A stretch of 52,707 nucleotides of DNA from Candidatus Limnocylindria bacterium (GTDB lineage: Bacteria; Chloroflexota; Limnocylindria; QHBO01). Where the stretch lies: assembly GCA_035699665.1 (NCBI GenBank), contig DASSPJ010000044.1, positions 1 to 52,707 on the forward strand. The letters run 5' to 3'. The position numbers and the translations under genes are program-made. The notes below the pieces were generated by a model. It did no database searches. It was not told the DNA's origin and was given only the letters and a program-made list of their open reading frames with translations. Positions 39,148 to 47,487 of this stretch are shown here, piece by piece. The stretch's first letter is position 1. Every line of letters starts with the position of its first letter.

Positions 39148-40277
39148 GTGGCGACCCGCACGTGGCTCGGCCGCAGGTCCCCTACCCCGGTGGCGCCGAG
39201 GATGGTGAGCCCTCGCCGCAGCTCCTCGGCCAGGACGGCGATGGCGTGCGCGACCCCGACCTCGCCGGCGGCTGCCAGCGCGTACAGGAACGGGCGCCCC
39301 AGGAATGCCGCACGCGCGCCGAGGGCCAGCGCCACGAGCAGGTCGCTCCCCCGCCGCACGCCGCCGTCGACGTACAGCTCGGCGCGCCCGCGTGCGGCCT
39401 CGACCGCCTCGGGGAGCATCTCGGCGGCAGTGACCGCCCCGTCGAGCTGCCGGCCGCCGTGGTTCGAGAGCCACACCGCCCGGGCACCGTGATCGATGGC
39501 GCGTTCCACGTCACGCGGCGCGAGGATGCCCTTGACCACCAGCGGCAGGGATGTCCAGTTCGCGACGGTGGCGACGTCGGCCCAGCGCAGCTCCGGCTTC
39601 CGGTCGATGTAGGCCATGAACGTCTCCTCCGACGCGTCGCGCCCCGCCGGCACGTGCGCCTGGACCGAGGCCGGGATCGCGAAGCGCGTGCGCAGGTCGC
39701 GCTCGCGGTAGCCGGCCACCGGCAGGTCGACGGTCAGCACGATCGCCCCGTATCCGGCCGCCTCGGCACGCTCGACCAGCTCGCGCGCGAAGCCCATGTC
39801 CGGCTCGACGTAGAGCTGGAACCAGCGTGGACCGGAGCCACCCGTCCCCGCTGACGCGGCGACCTCCTCGAGGGACCTGGTCGACGCGGTGCTGAGCACG
39901 AACGGCACGCCGGCCGCCGCCGCGGCACGCGCCATCGCGATCTCGCCATCGGGGTGGGCCATCCCCTGAAGGGCGGTCGGCGCGATCCCGAACGGCAGGG
40001 CCGCCGCCGTCCCGAGGAGCGACACCGAGGTATCGGGATCACGCGCGCCGGTCAGCACGGTCGGCAGCAACCGCCAGCGTCGCCACGCCGCGAGATTGTC
40101 GGCGACGGAACGCTCGTCGCCGGCGCCGGAGGCGAAGTAGCCGTAGGCGCGAGCGTCGAGGCGCTCGCGGGCGATCGGTTCGAAGTCGTGCACGTTGACC
40201 ACCCCGTCGAGGCTGGCGGGGCTGGCCGGAACCGGGAAGCCGAACGCGGACGGCGCGCTGCGCCGACGGGTGCTCAC
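39144..40277 (-). CDS. FMN-dependent alpha-hydroxy-acid oxidase/dehydrogenase (glycolate oxidase/LldD family)
   Basis: AYGYFASGAGDE, PFGIAPTALQGMAHPDGE, LVVKGIL, SNHGGRQLD, DGGVRRGSD. GTG start. Confidence 0.85.
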   Translation of the reverse strand: MSTRRRSAPSAFGFPVPASPASLDGVVNVHDFEPIARERLDARAYGYFASGAGDERSVADNLAAWRRWRLLPTVLTGARDPDTSVSLLGTAAALPFGIAPTALQGMAHPDGEIAMARAAAAAGVPFVLSTASTRSLEEVAASAGTGGSGPRWFQLYVEPDMGFARELVERAEAAGYGAIVLTVDLPVAGYRERDLRTRFAIPASVQAHVPAGRDASEETFMAYIDRKPELRWADVATVANWTSLPLVVKGILAPRDVERAIDHGARAVWLSNHGGRQLDGAVTAAEMLPEAVEAARGRAELYVDGGVRRGSDLLVALALGARAAFLGRPFLYALAAAGEVGVAHAIAVLAEELRRGLTILGATGVGDLRPSHVRVAT

Positions 40278-40316
40278 CGAGCGAGTGTGCCACCCGCGCG
40301 CGTCGCGCGTGGGCGT

Positions 40317-40727
40317 CTACCCCTCGCTGATCTCGATCTGTTGCGCGCCCTCCCACAGGACGCGGCGCCCCATCTCGGGCAGCTGCTCCCGGCCGCTGAC
40401 GAGCGTCGCGAAGTGGTTGCCGGCGAGCTGTCCGACGCGCGAGCTGAAGCTGCACGCGCCGTACGGGAAGAGGATCTCGCACTCGCTGATCTCGCCGGTG
40501 TAGATGAGCAGGTCGCCCGGCGCGGGGTGCGAGGTGTGGTTCTCGTAGCCCACGTCCGGCCGCTGCTCGCCGAAGGGAATCCAGGTCGACTCGCCGCTCC
40601 ACTTGCAGTGGATGAGCTGCGAGCGGATCGGGAGCCAGGCGCGCAGGGCCTCACGGGTGAGCGGCGCCGCCTCCTCCCAGCGCGCCATGAAGGTCAGCTC
40701 CCCCACCCGGATCGTCAGGTCAGCCAT
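40317..40727 (-). CDS. DUF3830 (cyclophilin-like fold) protein
   Basis: 136 aa. LTFMARWEEAAPLTREALRAWLP...LIHCKWSGES...GDLLIY is typical of DUF3830 as I recall it. 8-nt overlap with the upstream MBL gene. Confidence 0.7.
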   Translation of the reverse strand: MADLTIRVGELTFMARWEEAAPLTREALRAWLPIRSQLIHCKWSGESTWIPFGEQRPDVGYENHTSHPAPGDLLIYTGEISECEILFPYGACSFSSRVGQLAGNHFATLVSGREQLPEMGRRVLWEGAQQIEISEG

Positions 40728-41313
40728 GCGGCGGATGGTACGCCGCGCCGTCGACGCGGAACGGCGCCCCGTGACCCGGCACGATGACGTCGGCGACCGC
40801 CAGCACCCGCTCGCGTGAGGCCGTGCAGGCCGCAGGGTCCTCGTCGTACTCGCTGGGCCCGGCCCCGGCGTGCAGCCACAGGTGCGTCAGCGCCACGATG
40901 CCCGCGGGCGTCCCGACCAGCGTGGTGATGTCCTCGGCCGTGTGGCCGGGGGTCCGGATCAGGCGCACCGCCGGGGTCAGCTCGTAGCCCTCGGCGTCCC
41001 GGTCGGTCCAGTCCCAGCCGGCGTAGATGGCCCAGTGGTCGTGGACGCGCGCCACCGGGAAGAGGGCGACGTTCATGGTGTGGTCGGGGTGATGGTGGCC
41101 GAGGATGACGTCGGTGACCGCCTCGGGTCGCAGGCCGTGCGCGCGCAGCGCGTCGGTGATATCGGTCTGGCGTCGCGCCATCCCCGGATCGACCACCGCC
41201 ACCACCTCGCCGGAGCGGACCAGGGTGCAGGTGCTCACCACCCCGGGCGGCGTGAGCGAGCCGGCCAGCAGCACGTCGACGCGGGCGTCGCGGGCGGTCG
41301 GCGCATCGGTCAT
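40720..41313 (-). CDS. MBL-fold metallo-hydrolase
   Basis: ATG 41313, in frame with ORF 40720..42033. ILGHHHPDHTMN (HxHxDH), TPGHT, and a later PGHG. Confidence 0.8.
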   Translation of the reverse strand: MTDAPTARDARVDVLLAGSLTPPGVVSTCTLVRSGEVVAVVDPGMARRQTDITDALRAHGLRPEAVTDVILGHHHPDHTMNVALFPVARVHDHWAIYAGWDWTDRDAEGYELTPAVRLIRTPGHTAEDITTLVGTPAGIVALTHLWLHAGAGPSEYDEDPAACTASRERVLAVADVIVPGHGAPFRVDGAAYHPPHG

Positions 41314-41343
41314 GATGCGTCGAGCGTAGCAGGAGCGATCAGC

Positions 41344-41685
41344 ATGGCAGCGCGGCCCACCATCAGCACCCACGTGCTGGACACGGAGCGCGGCATCCCC
41401 GCCCACGGGGTGGCGGTCGCCGTCTTCCGCCTGACCGATGACGGCGGCTCGGAGCTCATCAACGAGCTCGAGACCGATGCCGACGGGCGCATCGCCGACC
41501 TCCTCGACGGGGACGAGCTCGAGGTCGGCGACTACCAGATCCTCTTCGACGTGGCCTCGTACCGCGGCGAGGACTCCTTCTTCCAGGGCTGCGCGGTGGG
41601 GCTGCGCATCGAGGACGCCGAGCGGGCATACCACGTGCCGCTCATCCTCGCGCCCTTCGGCCTGACCACGTATCGCGGCAGCTGA
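41344..41685 (+). CDS. hiuH: 5-hydroxyisourate hydrolase (transthyretin-like)
   Basis: ATG 41344 with AGGAG 8 nt upstream. STHVLDTERGIPAHGVAV..., HVPLILAPFGLTTYRGS, with the diagnostic C-terminal YRGS. Confidence 0.9.
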   Translation: MAARPTISTHVLDTERGIPAHGVAVAVFRLTDDGGSELINELETDADGRIADLLDGDELEVGDYQILFDVASYRGEDSFFQGCAVGLRIEDAERAYHVPLILAPFGLTTYRGS

Positions 41686-41695
41686 CCGGCCGACC

Positions 41696-42739
41696 GTGAC
41701 CGTCTCGGCGCCGGCGGTGCGCATCCGCGATCTCGAGGCGGACGACCGCGCCTGGGCCGATTGGCTCATCGCCGGCCGCCAGGGGACGCGGATGACGGCG
41801 CGCCTCGGCGAGCTGCTCGACCCGCTCGAGCTGCCGGGCCTGGTGGCCGAGGTGGGCGGCCAGCGCGTGGGGCTGGCCACCGTCCACGAGACGCCCGACG
41901 GCGGCTTCGAGGTGCTCACCCTGCATGCCGACCCGGCGGGGACCGGCGCCGGCACCGCGCTGCTCGAGACGGCGCTCCAGGTGGCCGCCGCATCGGGGCA
42001 TCGGCGGCTGTGGCTGGTGACGACCAACGACAACCTCGAGGCGATCGGCTTCTACCTGCGCCGCGGGATGCGCGTGGCGCGCGTGCACGCCGACGCGGTG
42101 GCCGCGGACCGGGCGCTCAAGCCGCAGATCCCGGCGGTCAACCCCGACAACGGCCTCCCGCTGCGCGACCTCGTCGAGCTCGAGCTGCCGGTGACCGGCA
42201 TCGACCAGGTGCTGCCGCGCGTCGGCTTCCCCGCCATCGAGGACCTCAATGCGCTGCCGGTCGAGGCCTTCGCGCACGAGATGGGGTTGCTCTTCGAGGG
42301 CGCGCCGCGGTTCCTGGCGCGGGTGGCAGCCGAGCGCCCGTTCGAGACCGATGGGGACCTGGTCGCCGCCGCGGGCCGCATCGCGCGCGAGCTGCCCGCC
42401 GATGAGGCGGTCGAGCTGGCCGACGCCCATCCGCGCATCGGCGCCGCGCCGGCCAGCGTCTCGCCGCTCAGCCACGCCGAGCAGGGCTACGCGACCGATG
42501 ACCCGTACGCCGATGCCGAGGCGGCGCGGGTGGCCGAGGAGCTGGCCTTCCTCAACGACGCGTACGAGCGCATCCACGGCTTCCGCTTCGTCGTCTTCGT
42601 GGCCGGCCGCTCGCGGGCCGACATCATCCCGCTCCTCGAAGTGGCTCTGCGGAACGAGACCCCCGCCGAGCTGCGGCGGGCCGTCGACGACTGCGTCGAC
42701 ATCGCCGCCGACCGGCTGGCGCGGCTGCGGGAAGCGTAG
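41696..42739 (+). CDS. uraD: fusion protein: N-terminal GNAT acetyltransferase domain plus C-terminal OHCU decarboxylase
   Basis: Residues about 1-165 look like GNAT (GTGAGTALLE, LWLVTTNDNLEAIGFYLRRGM). Residues about 175-347 look like OHCU decarboxylase (LADAHPRIGA, HGFRFVVFVAGRS). One uninterrupted 347-codon frame with a GTG start. Confidence 0.8.
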   Translation: MTVSAPAVRIRDLEADDRAWADWLIAGRQGTRMTARLGELLDPLELPGLVAEVGGQRVGLATVHETPDGGFEVLTLHADPAGTGAGTALLETALQVAAASGHRRLWLVTTNDNLEAIGFYLRRGMRVARVHADAVAADRALKPQIPAVNPDNGLPLRDLVELELPVTGIDQVLPRVGFPAIEDLNALPVEAFAHEMGLLFEGAPRFLARVAAERPFETDGDLVAAAGRIARELPADEAVELADAHPRIGAAPASVSPLSHAEQGYATDDPYADAEAARVAEELAFLNDAYERIHGFRFVVFVAGRSRADIIPLLEVALRNETPAELRRAVDDCVDIAADRLARLREA

Positions 42740-42749
42740 GATCGCCGCC

Positions 42750-43676
42750 ATGCAGCACGAGATCCGCTACGGCAAGGCGGACGTCAAGGTCTACCGCACC
42801 CGGGCCGAGCCGCTCACCGGCGTGACACCGATCCCCGAGTCGCCGTTCACCGGGCGCGAGAACACGCTGACCGCGGCCGAGATCGAGGTCGTGGTCCACG
42901 GCGAGGACTTCTGGCCCGCCTACGAGCAGGGCGACAACCGGATGGTGGTGGCCACCGACACGATGAAGAACTTCATCCACGCCGCCTCGCTGCGTGCCTC
43001 CGCTCGCACCCTGGAGGGCTGGCTGCACGAGGTCGGCACGGCCTTCCTCGATACCTACCCGCACATGGCCTCGCTGACCATGCTGGGCCGCGACCTGCCG
43101 TTCCCCGCGGCGGTCGTGCCCGCCGACGATGGGGACGGCTTCGCGGCCTCCGACCGGCTCTTCTCGCGCGATCGCGGCGAGCAGGGAACGGCGCGCCTGG
43201 AGCTCGACCGGGACGGCCGGGGCGCTGTCCGAATCACCGACCACGCCTGCGGGCGCACGGGCCTCCAGCTCATCAAGCTCACCGGCTCCTCGTTCGCCGA
43301 CTTCGCGCGCGACGAGCACACGACCCTCCCCGAGCGTCCGGACCGCCCGCTGTACATCTGGGCCGACATCGGCTGGCGCTATACCGATGCGAACGACGCC
43401 CTGGGCCTCGATCCTGCGCGGTACGTCGCCGCAGAGCAGGTCTCCGATCTGGCAGCCGCCGTCTTCCACGAGTTCGTCAGCCTCTCCATCCAGCACCTCG
43501 TTCACGAGATCGGCAACCGCATGCTGGCGCGCTGGCCGCAGCTCGTCGAGGTCAGCTTCGACACCCAGAACCGACTGTGGGACGAGGTCGCCCAGTCGGA
43601 CGACGATCCCGCGGTGCGGACCTACGCCGATCCTCGGCCGCCGTACGGGCACATCGGCCTGGGCCTGCGCCGCTAG
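42750..43676 (+). CDS. uox: urate oxidase (cofactor-independent uricase)
   Basis: ATG 42750, in frame with ORF 42249..43676. IRYGKADVKVYR, VATDTMKNFI. About 308 aa with two tunnelling-fold halves. Confidence 0.85.
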   Translation: MQHEIRYGKADVKVYRTRAEPLTGVTPIPESPFTGRENTLTAAEIEVVVHGEDFWPAYEQGDNRMVVATDTMKNFIHAASLRASARTLEGWLHEVGTAFLDTYPHMASLTMLGRDLPFPAAVVPADDGDGFAASDRLFSRDRGEQGTARLELDRDGRGAVRITDHACGRTGLQLIKLTGSSFADFARDEHTTLPERPDRPLYIWADIGWRYTDANDALGLDPARYVAAEQVSDLAAAVFHEFVSLSIQHLVHEIGNRMLARWPQLVEVSFDTQNRLWDEVAQSDDDPAVRTYADPRPPYGHIGLGLRR

Positions 43677-43799
43677 AGCTCGAGTCGCGCCAGTCGTCGA
43701 ACTTCTCGCTCGGTGGGCGCGGTGCGCTCCCGGTGAGCATGCGGGCCATTCACGCCCAGTACAGGCAGGCCCTGCGCGCGGCGGCGGCGGCAGGCGCAG

Positions 43800-44243
43800 C
43801 TACAGGACCAGACGCATGCGGGGCAGCGTGCGCCCCTCCTCCGCGGCCGACGGCGTCCGGCCGATCTCGACCCCGCCCATGCGCTCGTAGAAGGCCTGGG
43901 CGAACGGCTCGGCGTCCCACTCCAGTGCCGAGGCGCCGTGCGCGCGCGCGACGTCGGCGGCATGCTCGAACAGCCGCCTCCCCCACCCCGCCCCGATGAA
44001 CGCCGGCTCGACCCACAGGTCCTCCAGCTCGCCGTGGTCGTCGTGGAGCGAGACGCGGTGCCAGCCGACCAGCGCGCCGTCGACCTCGAGCACGTGCACC
44101 TCGTCGCGGCGGATCTCAGCCGCCGTCAGGACCAGCATCGGCGCGACGCGCTCCAGGAACGCGGCGTCGTACGGCCAGTGCGCCTTCGATCGGTGCGCCA
44201 GTGCGCGCAGGGTGTCCGCCTCGTCGGGGCGGGCGGGACGGAC
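43800..44243 (-). CDS. GNAT family N-acetyltransferase (start codon unresolved)
   Basis: VRPARPDEADTLRALA ... EDLWVEPAFIGAGWGRRLFEHA ... FYERMGG. There is no ATG, GTG or TTG in frame between the upstream stop (44251) and the conserved N-terminus. 44243 marks the first conserved residue, not a proven start. Confidence 0.6.
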   Translation of the reverse strand, partial: VRPARPDEADTLRALAHRSKAHWPYDAAFLERVAPMLVLTAAEIRRDEVHVLEVDGALVGWHRVSLHDDHGELEDLWVEPAFIGAGWGRRLFEHAADVARAHGASALEWDAEPFAQAFYERMGGVEIGRTPSAAEEGRTLPRMRLVL

Positions 44244-44250
44244 GCGGTGC

Positions 44251-44691
44251 TCAGGCGTCGCCCGGGCCTCCGAGCACGCGCGGGCCGTCGATCGCCGGGC
44301 AGCGGTCCATGACGACCAGCAGCCCCGCGTCGGCGGCGAGCTGCGCGGCCTCGGCATCCCACACGCCGAGCTGCATCCAGACTGCCCTGGCGCCGATCGC
44401 GATCGCCTCCTCCACGTGCCGCCGGACGGCGTCGCTGCGGCGGAAGAGATCGACCACCTCGATGCGCGCGCGCAGGTCGGCGGGCACCGTGGCGAGGTTC
44501 GGGTACGCCGGCCGGCCGTGCACCTCGGTCTCGTTGGGGTTGATCGGCACGACCTCGAACCCCTGGCCCAGCAGGTAGCGCGACACGCCATGTGACGGCC
44601 GGCGCGGGTCGGACGAGCAGCCCACCACCGCCCAGGTCCGGAACGAGCGCAGGATGCGCTCCGCGACCGCCGGGTCGCTCCAGTCGGTCAT
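44251..44691 (-). CDS. CoA-binding domain protein (YccU-like)
   Basis: WAVVGCSSDPRRPSHGVSRYLLGQGFEVVPINP ... VDLFRR ... AVWMQLG. ATGA overlap with the ruvA stop. Confidence 0.8.
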   Translation of the reverse strand: MTDWSDPAVAERILRSFRTWAVVGCSSDPRRPSHGVSRYLLGQGFEVVPINPNETEVHGRPAYPNLATVPADLRARIEVVDLFRRSDAVRRHVEEAIAIGARAVWMQLGVWDAEAAQLAADAGLLVVMDRCPAIDGPRVLGGPGDA

Positions 44692-45266
44692 CGCCGCCGC
44701 GCGAGCTCCTGGAGGGCGGCCTTGATGCGGGTGTCGAGCTCGCCGTCCGTTCCCGCCACCGCCCCGGCCGCGCGGCGCGCCTCCGACGCGGTGTAGCCGA
44801 GCGACTCGAGCGCCGCCACGACATCGGAGTCGGAGGAGGCCGATGCGCTCCCCCCGGCGATCCCGGCGGCGTGCACCTTCTCCCTGAGCTCCAGGATGAT
44901 CCGCTGCGCCGTCTTGCGCCCCACGCCGCTCACCGACGTGAAGAGGTCGACGTCGTCACCGACGATGCCCAGCTGCAGCTTCGTCACCGGGTGCGCGCTG
45001 ACGATCGCCAGCGCGAGCCGCGGGCCGACCTGGCTGACGGTCATGAGCAGCTCGAAGAAGGCGAGCTCCTCGGTGGTCGCGAATCCGAACAGCGCCTGCT
45101 GATCCTCGCGAACCAGGTGATGGGTGTACACGCGGGCCTCGCTGCCGGGCCGCAGCTTGCCAAGCAGGGCGGCACCGGCGACGACCCGGTAGCCCACGCC
45201 ACCCACCTCGATGAGCGCATGGTCGAGACCGATGTGCGCGACGTGGCCGCGCAGCGACCCGATCAC
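44688..45266 (-). CDS. ruvA: Holliday junction DNA helicase subunit RuvA
   Basis: MIGSLRGHV....VGGVGYRV, LFGF, HhH motifs (VSGVGRKTAQRIILEL). GTG start overlapping the ruvC stop (GTGA). Confidence 0.9.
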   Translation of the reverse strand: MIGSLRGHVAHIGLDHALIEVGGVGYRVVAGAALLGKLRPGSEARVYTHHLVREDQQALFGFATTEELAFFELLMTVSQVGPRLALAIVSAHPVTKLQLGIVGDDVDLFTSVSGVGRKTAQRIILELREKVHAAGIAGGSASASSDSDVVAALESLGYTASEARRAAGAVAGTDGELDTRIKAALQELARRR

Positions 45267-45757
45267 CGCGCCACCGCGCGCGCCGTGCTCACCGACCGAT
45301 AGGCCGCGCCGATCGCCGCGGCGAGGGCATCGGTCGCGTCATCCGGGACGCCGGCCAGGCTGACGTGCAGCAGCCGCTCGACCATCTCGGCTACCTGCCG
45401 CTTGTCCGCGTTGCCGCTGCCGCACACCGCCAGCTTCACCTCGTTGGGCGTCGGCTCGTCGATCGGCAGCTCCGCCTCAGCCGCCACCAGCAGCGCGACA
45501 CCGCGGGCCTGCCCGACGGTCATCGCCGTCTGCACGTTGCGCTGGAAGAAGAGGCGCTCGACCGCGACCACGTCGGGGCGATGCTCCGCCACCAGCGCGC
45601 GCAGCGCGCCATGCAGCTCGACGAGGCGGGACGCATCGGTGCGATCCGCGGCGGTGCGCACGACCCCGGCGTCGACCATGCGCAGCCGGCCATCGGCCAG
45701 CTCGACCACGCCGAAGCCGCAGATGGCGGTGCCTGGGTCGATGCCGAGCGCGATCAC
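45263..45757 (-). CDS. ruvC: crossover junction endodeoxyribonuclease RuvC
   Basis: IALGIDPGTAICGFGVV, AVERLFFQRN, TPNEVKLAV.GSGNADKRQV, DDATDALAAAI. GTG start. Confidence 0.9.
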   Translation of the reverse strand: MIALGIDPGTAICGFGVVELADGRLRMVDAGVVRTAADRTDASRLVELHGALRALVAEHRPDVVAVERLFFQRNVQTAMTVGQARGVALLVAAEAELPIDEPTPNEVKLAVCGSGNADKRQVAEMVERLLHVSLAGVPDDATDALAAAIGAAYRSVSTARAVAR

Positions 45758-45781
45758 GCGCCCATCCTAGGCGCTGGGGCC

Positions 45782-46540
<759 letters not shown>

Positions 46541-46601
46541 GGACCCTCCAGGTGGAGATTCGTGCTCAGCGGAGCGCTGATTCTACCAATGGCGGTCATC
46601 G

Positions 46602-46634
46602 GGCGCTAAGCGGCCGATAAGGCGCCGATAAGGG
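46602..46634 (+). repeat. three phased 11-nt direct repeats (GCGCTAAGCG / GCCGATAAGG / GCCGATAAGG); candidate operator or promoter element
   Basis: Two perfect copies at 46613-46622 and 46624-46633 and a degenerate copy at about 46603-46612. They lie 22-53 nt upstream of the HTH gene ATG (46656). Confidence 0.4.
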
Positions 46635-46655
46635 CATCGCACCCATGCTGGAGCG

Positions 46656-47330
46656 ATGTGGCGACGCCTGGGCCTTCAGCTCCGCACGCTGCGGCGCCAC
46701 CACCACCTCACGCAGGCCCGCCTGGCCGAGGTGTCCGGCGTGTCACGGTCCGCGATCCAACGTCTCGAGACGGGGCAGGCGGGCCGCGTGCGCCTCGATG
46801 TCCTCGACCGGCTCGCCGCCGCGCTGGGTGCCAGGCTGCTCGTTTCCGTCGCGTGGCAGGGCGCTGCCCTCGATCGCCTGCTTGACGCGGGTCACGCCCG
46901 CCTACAGAACGCCATCGCCGACATGCTGGCTGCGGCCGGCTGGCAGGTCGCGGTGGAGGTGAGCTTCAATCATTACGGCGACCGCGGCCGGTGCGACGTC
47001 CTGGCCTTTCATCCTCGAACCGGGATCCTGCTGGTCGTTGAGGTCAAGACCGCTGTCGGCGACCTTCAGGATCTGCTCGGGCGGCTGGACGTCAAGGCGC
47101 GGCTCGGTCCGCACCTGGCCGCGTTGCAGGGCTGGCCGCGGCCAGCGGAAACGGTTCGGATGCTCGTCTTCCCCGACCAGCGCAGCGTGCACCGTGCCGT
47201 TGCCACGCACGCGGCCCTCTTCCGCCGCTTCACGATGCGCGGGCAGGCAGCACGAGGATGGCTGCGACACCCTCGTCCAGGCTCCGGGTCGCTGCTCGTG
47301 TTCCTCCGCGTGCCAGCGCCCACCTCCTGA
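46656..47330 (+). CDS. XRE-type HTH domain fused to a PD-(D/E)xK nuclease-like domain
   Basis: N-terminus LRTLRRHHHLTQARLAEVSGVSRSAIQRLETG (HTH_3-like). C-terminus VEVSF...GRCDVLAF...LLVVEVKT fits an E...D...ExK restriction-endonuclease-fold motif. Confidence 0.6.
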   Translation: MWRRLGLQLRTLRRHHHLTQARLAEVSGVSRSAIQRLETGQAGRVRLDVLDRLAAALGARLLVSVAWQGAALDRLLDAGHARLQNAIADMLAAAGWQVAVEVSFNHYGDRGRCDVLAFHPRTGILLVVEVKTAVGDLQDLLGRLDVKARLGPHLAALQGWPRPAETVRMLVFPDQRSVHRAVATHAALFRRFTMRGQAARGWLRHPRPGSGSLLVFLRVPAPTS

Positions 47331-47487
47331 TCAGCTGCCAACCCGGCGCTTCCTGCCAGTTGCTCCGCTGGTGGGCAGCCTGGCGGGATCCGCGGCCCGC
47401 GCAGGGCAGTTGGCTGCCAGATGCCTCAGCGGAGCGCCAAATGGCGAGTGACTCGCGCCGGATGCCCGCAGCCTGCCCACCAAGCGA

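Noticed and set aside
40177-40185. T-loop-like GGTTCGAAG, checked as a possible tRNA
   Set aside because: It lies inside the FMN oxidase coding frame, with no acceptor or anticodon stem arrangement around it. No tRNA-like structure was found anywhere in the window.
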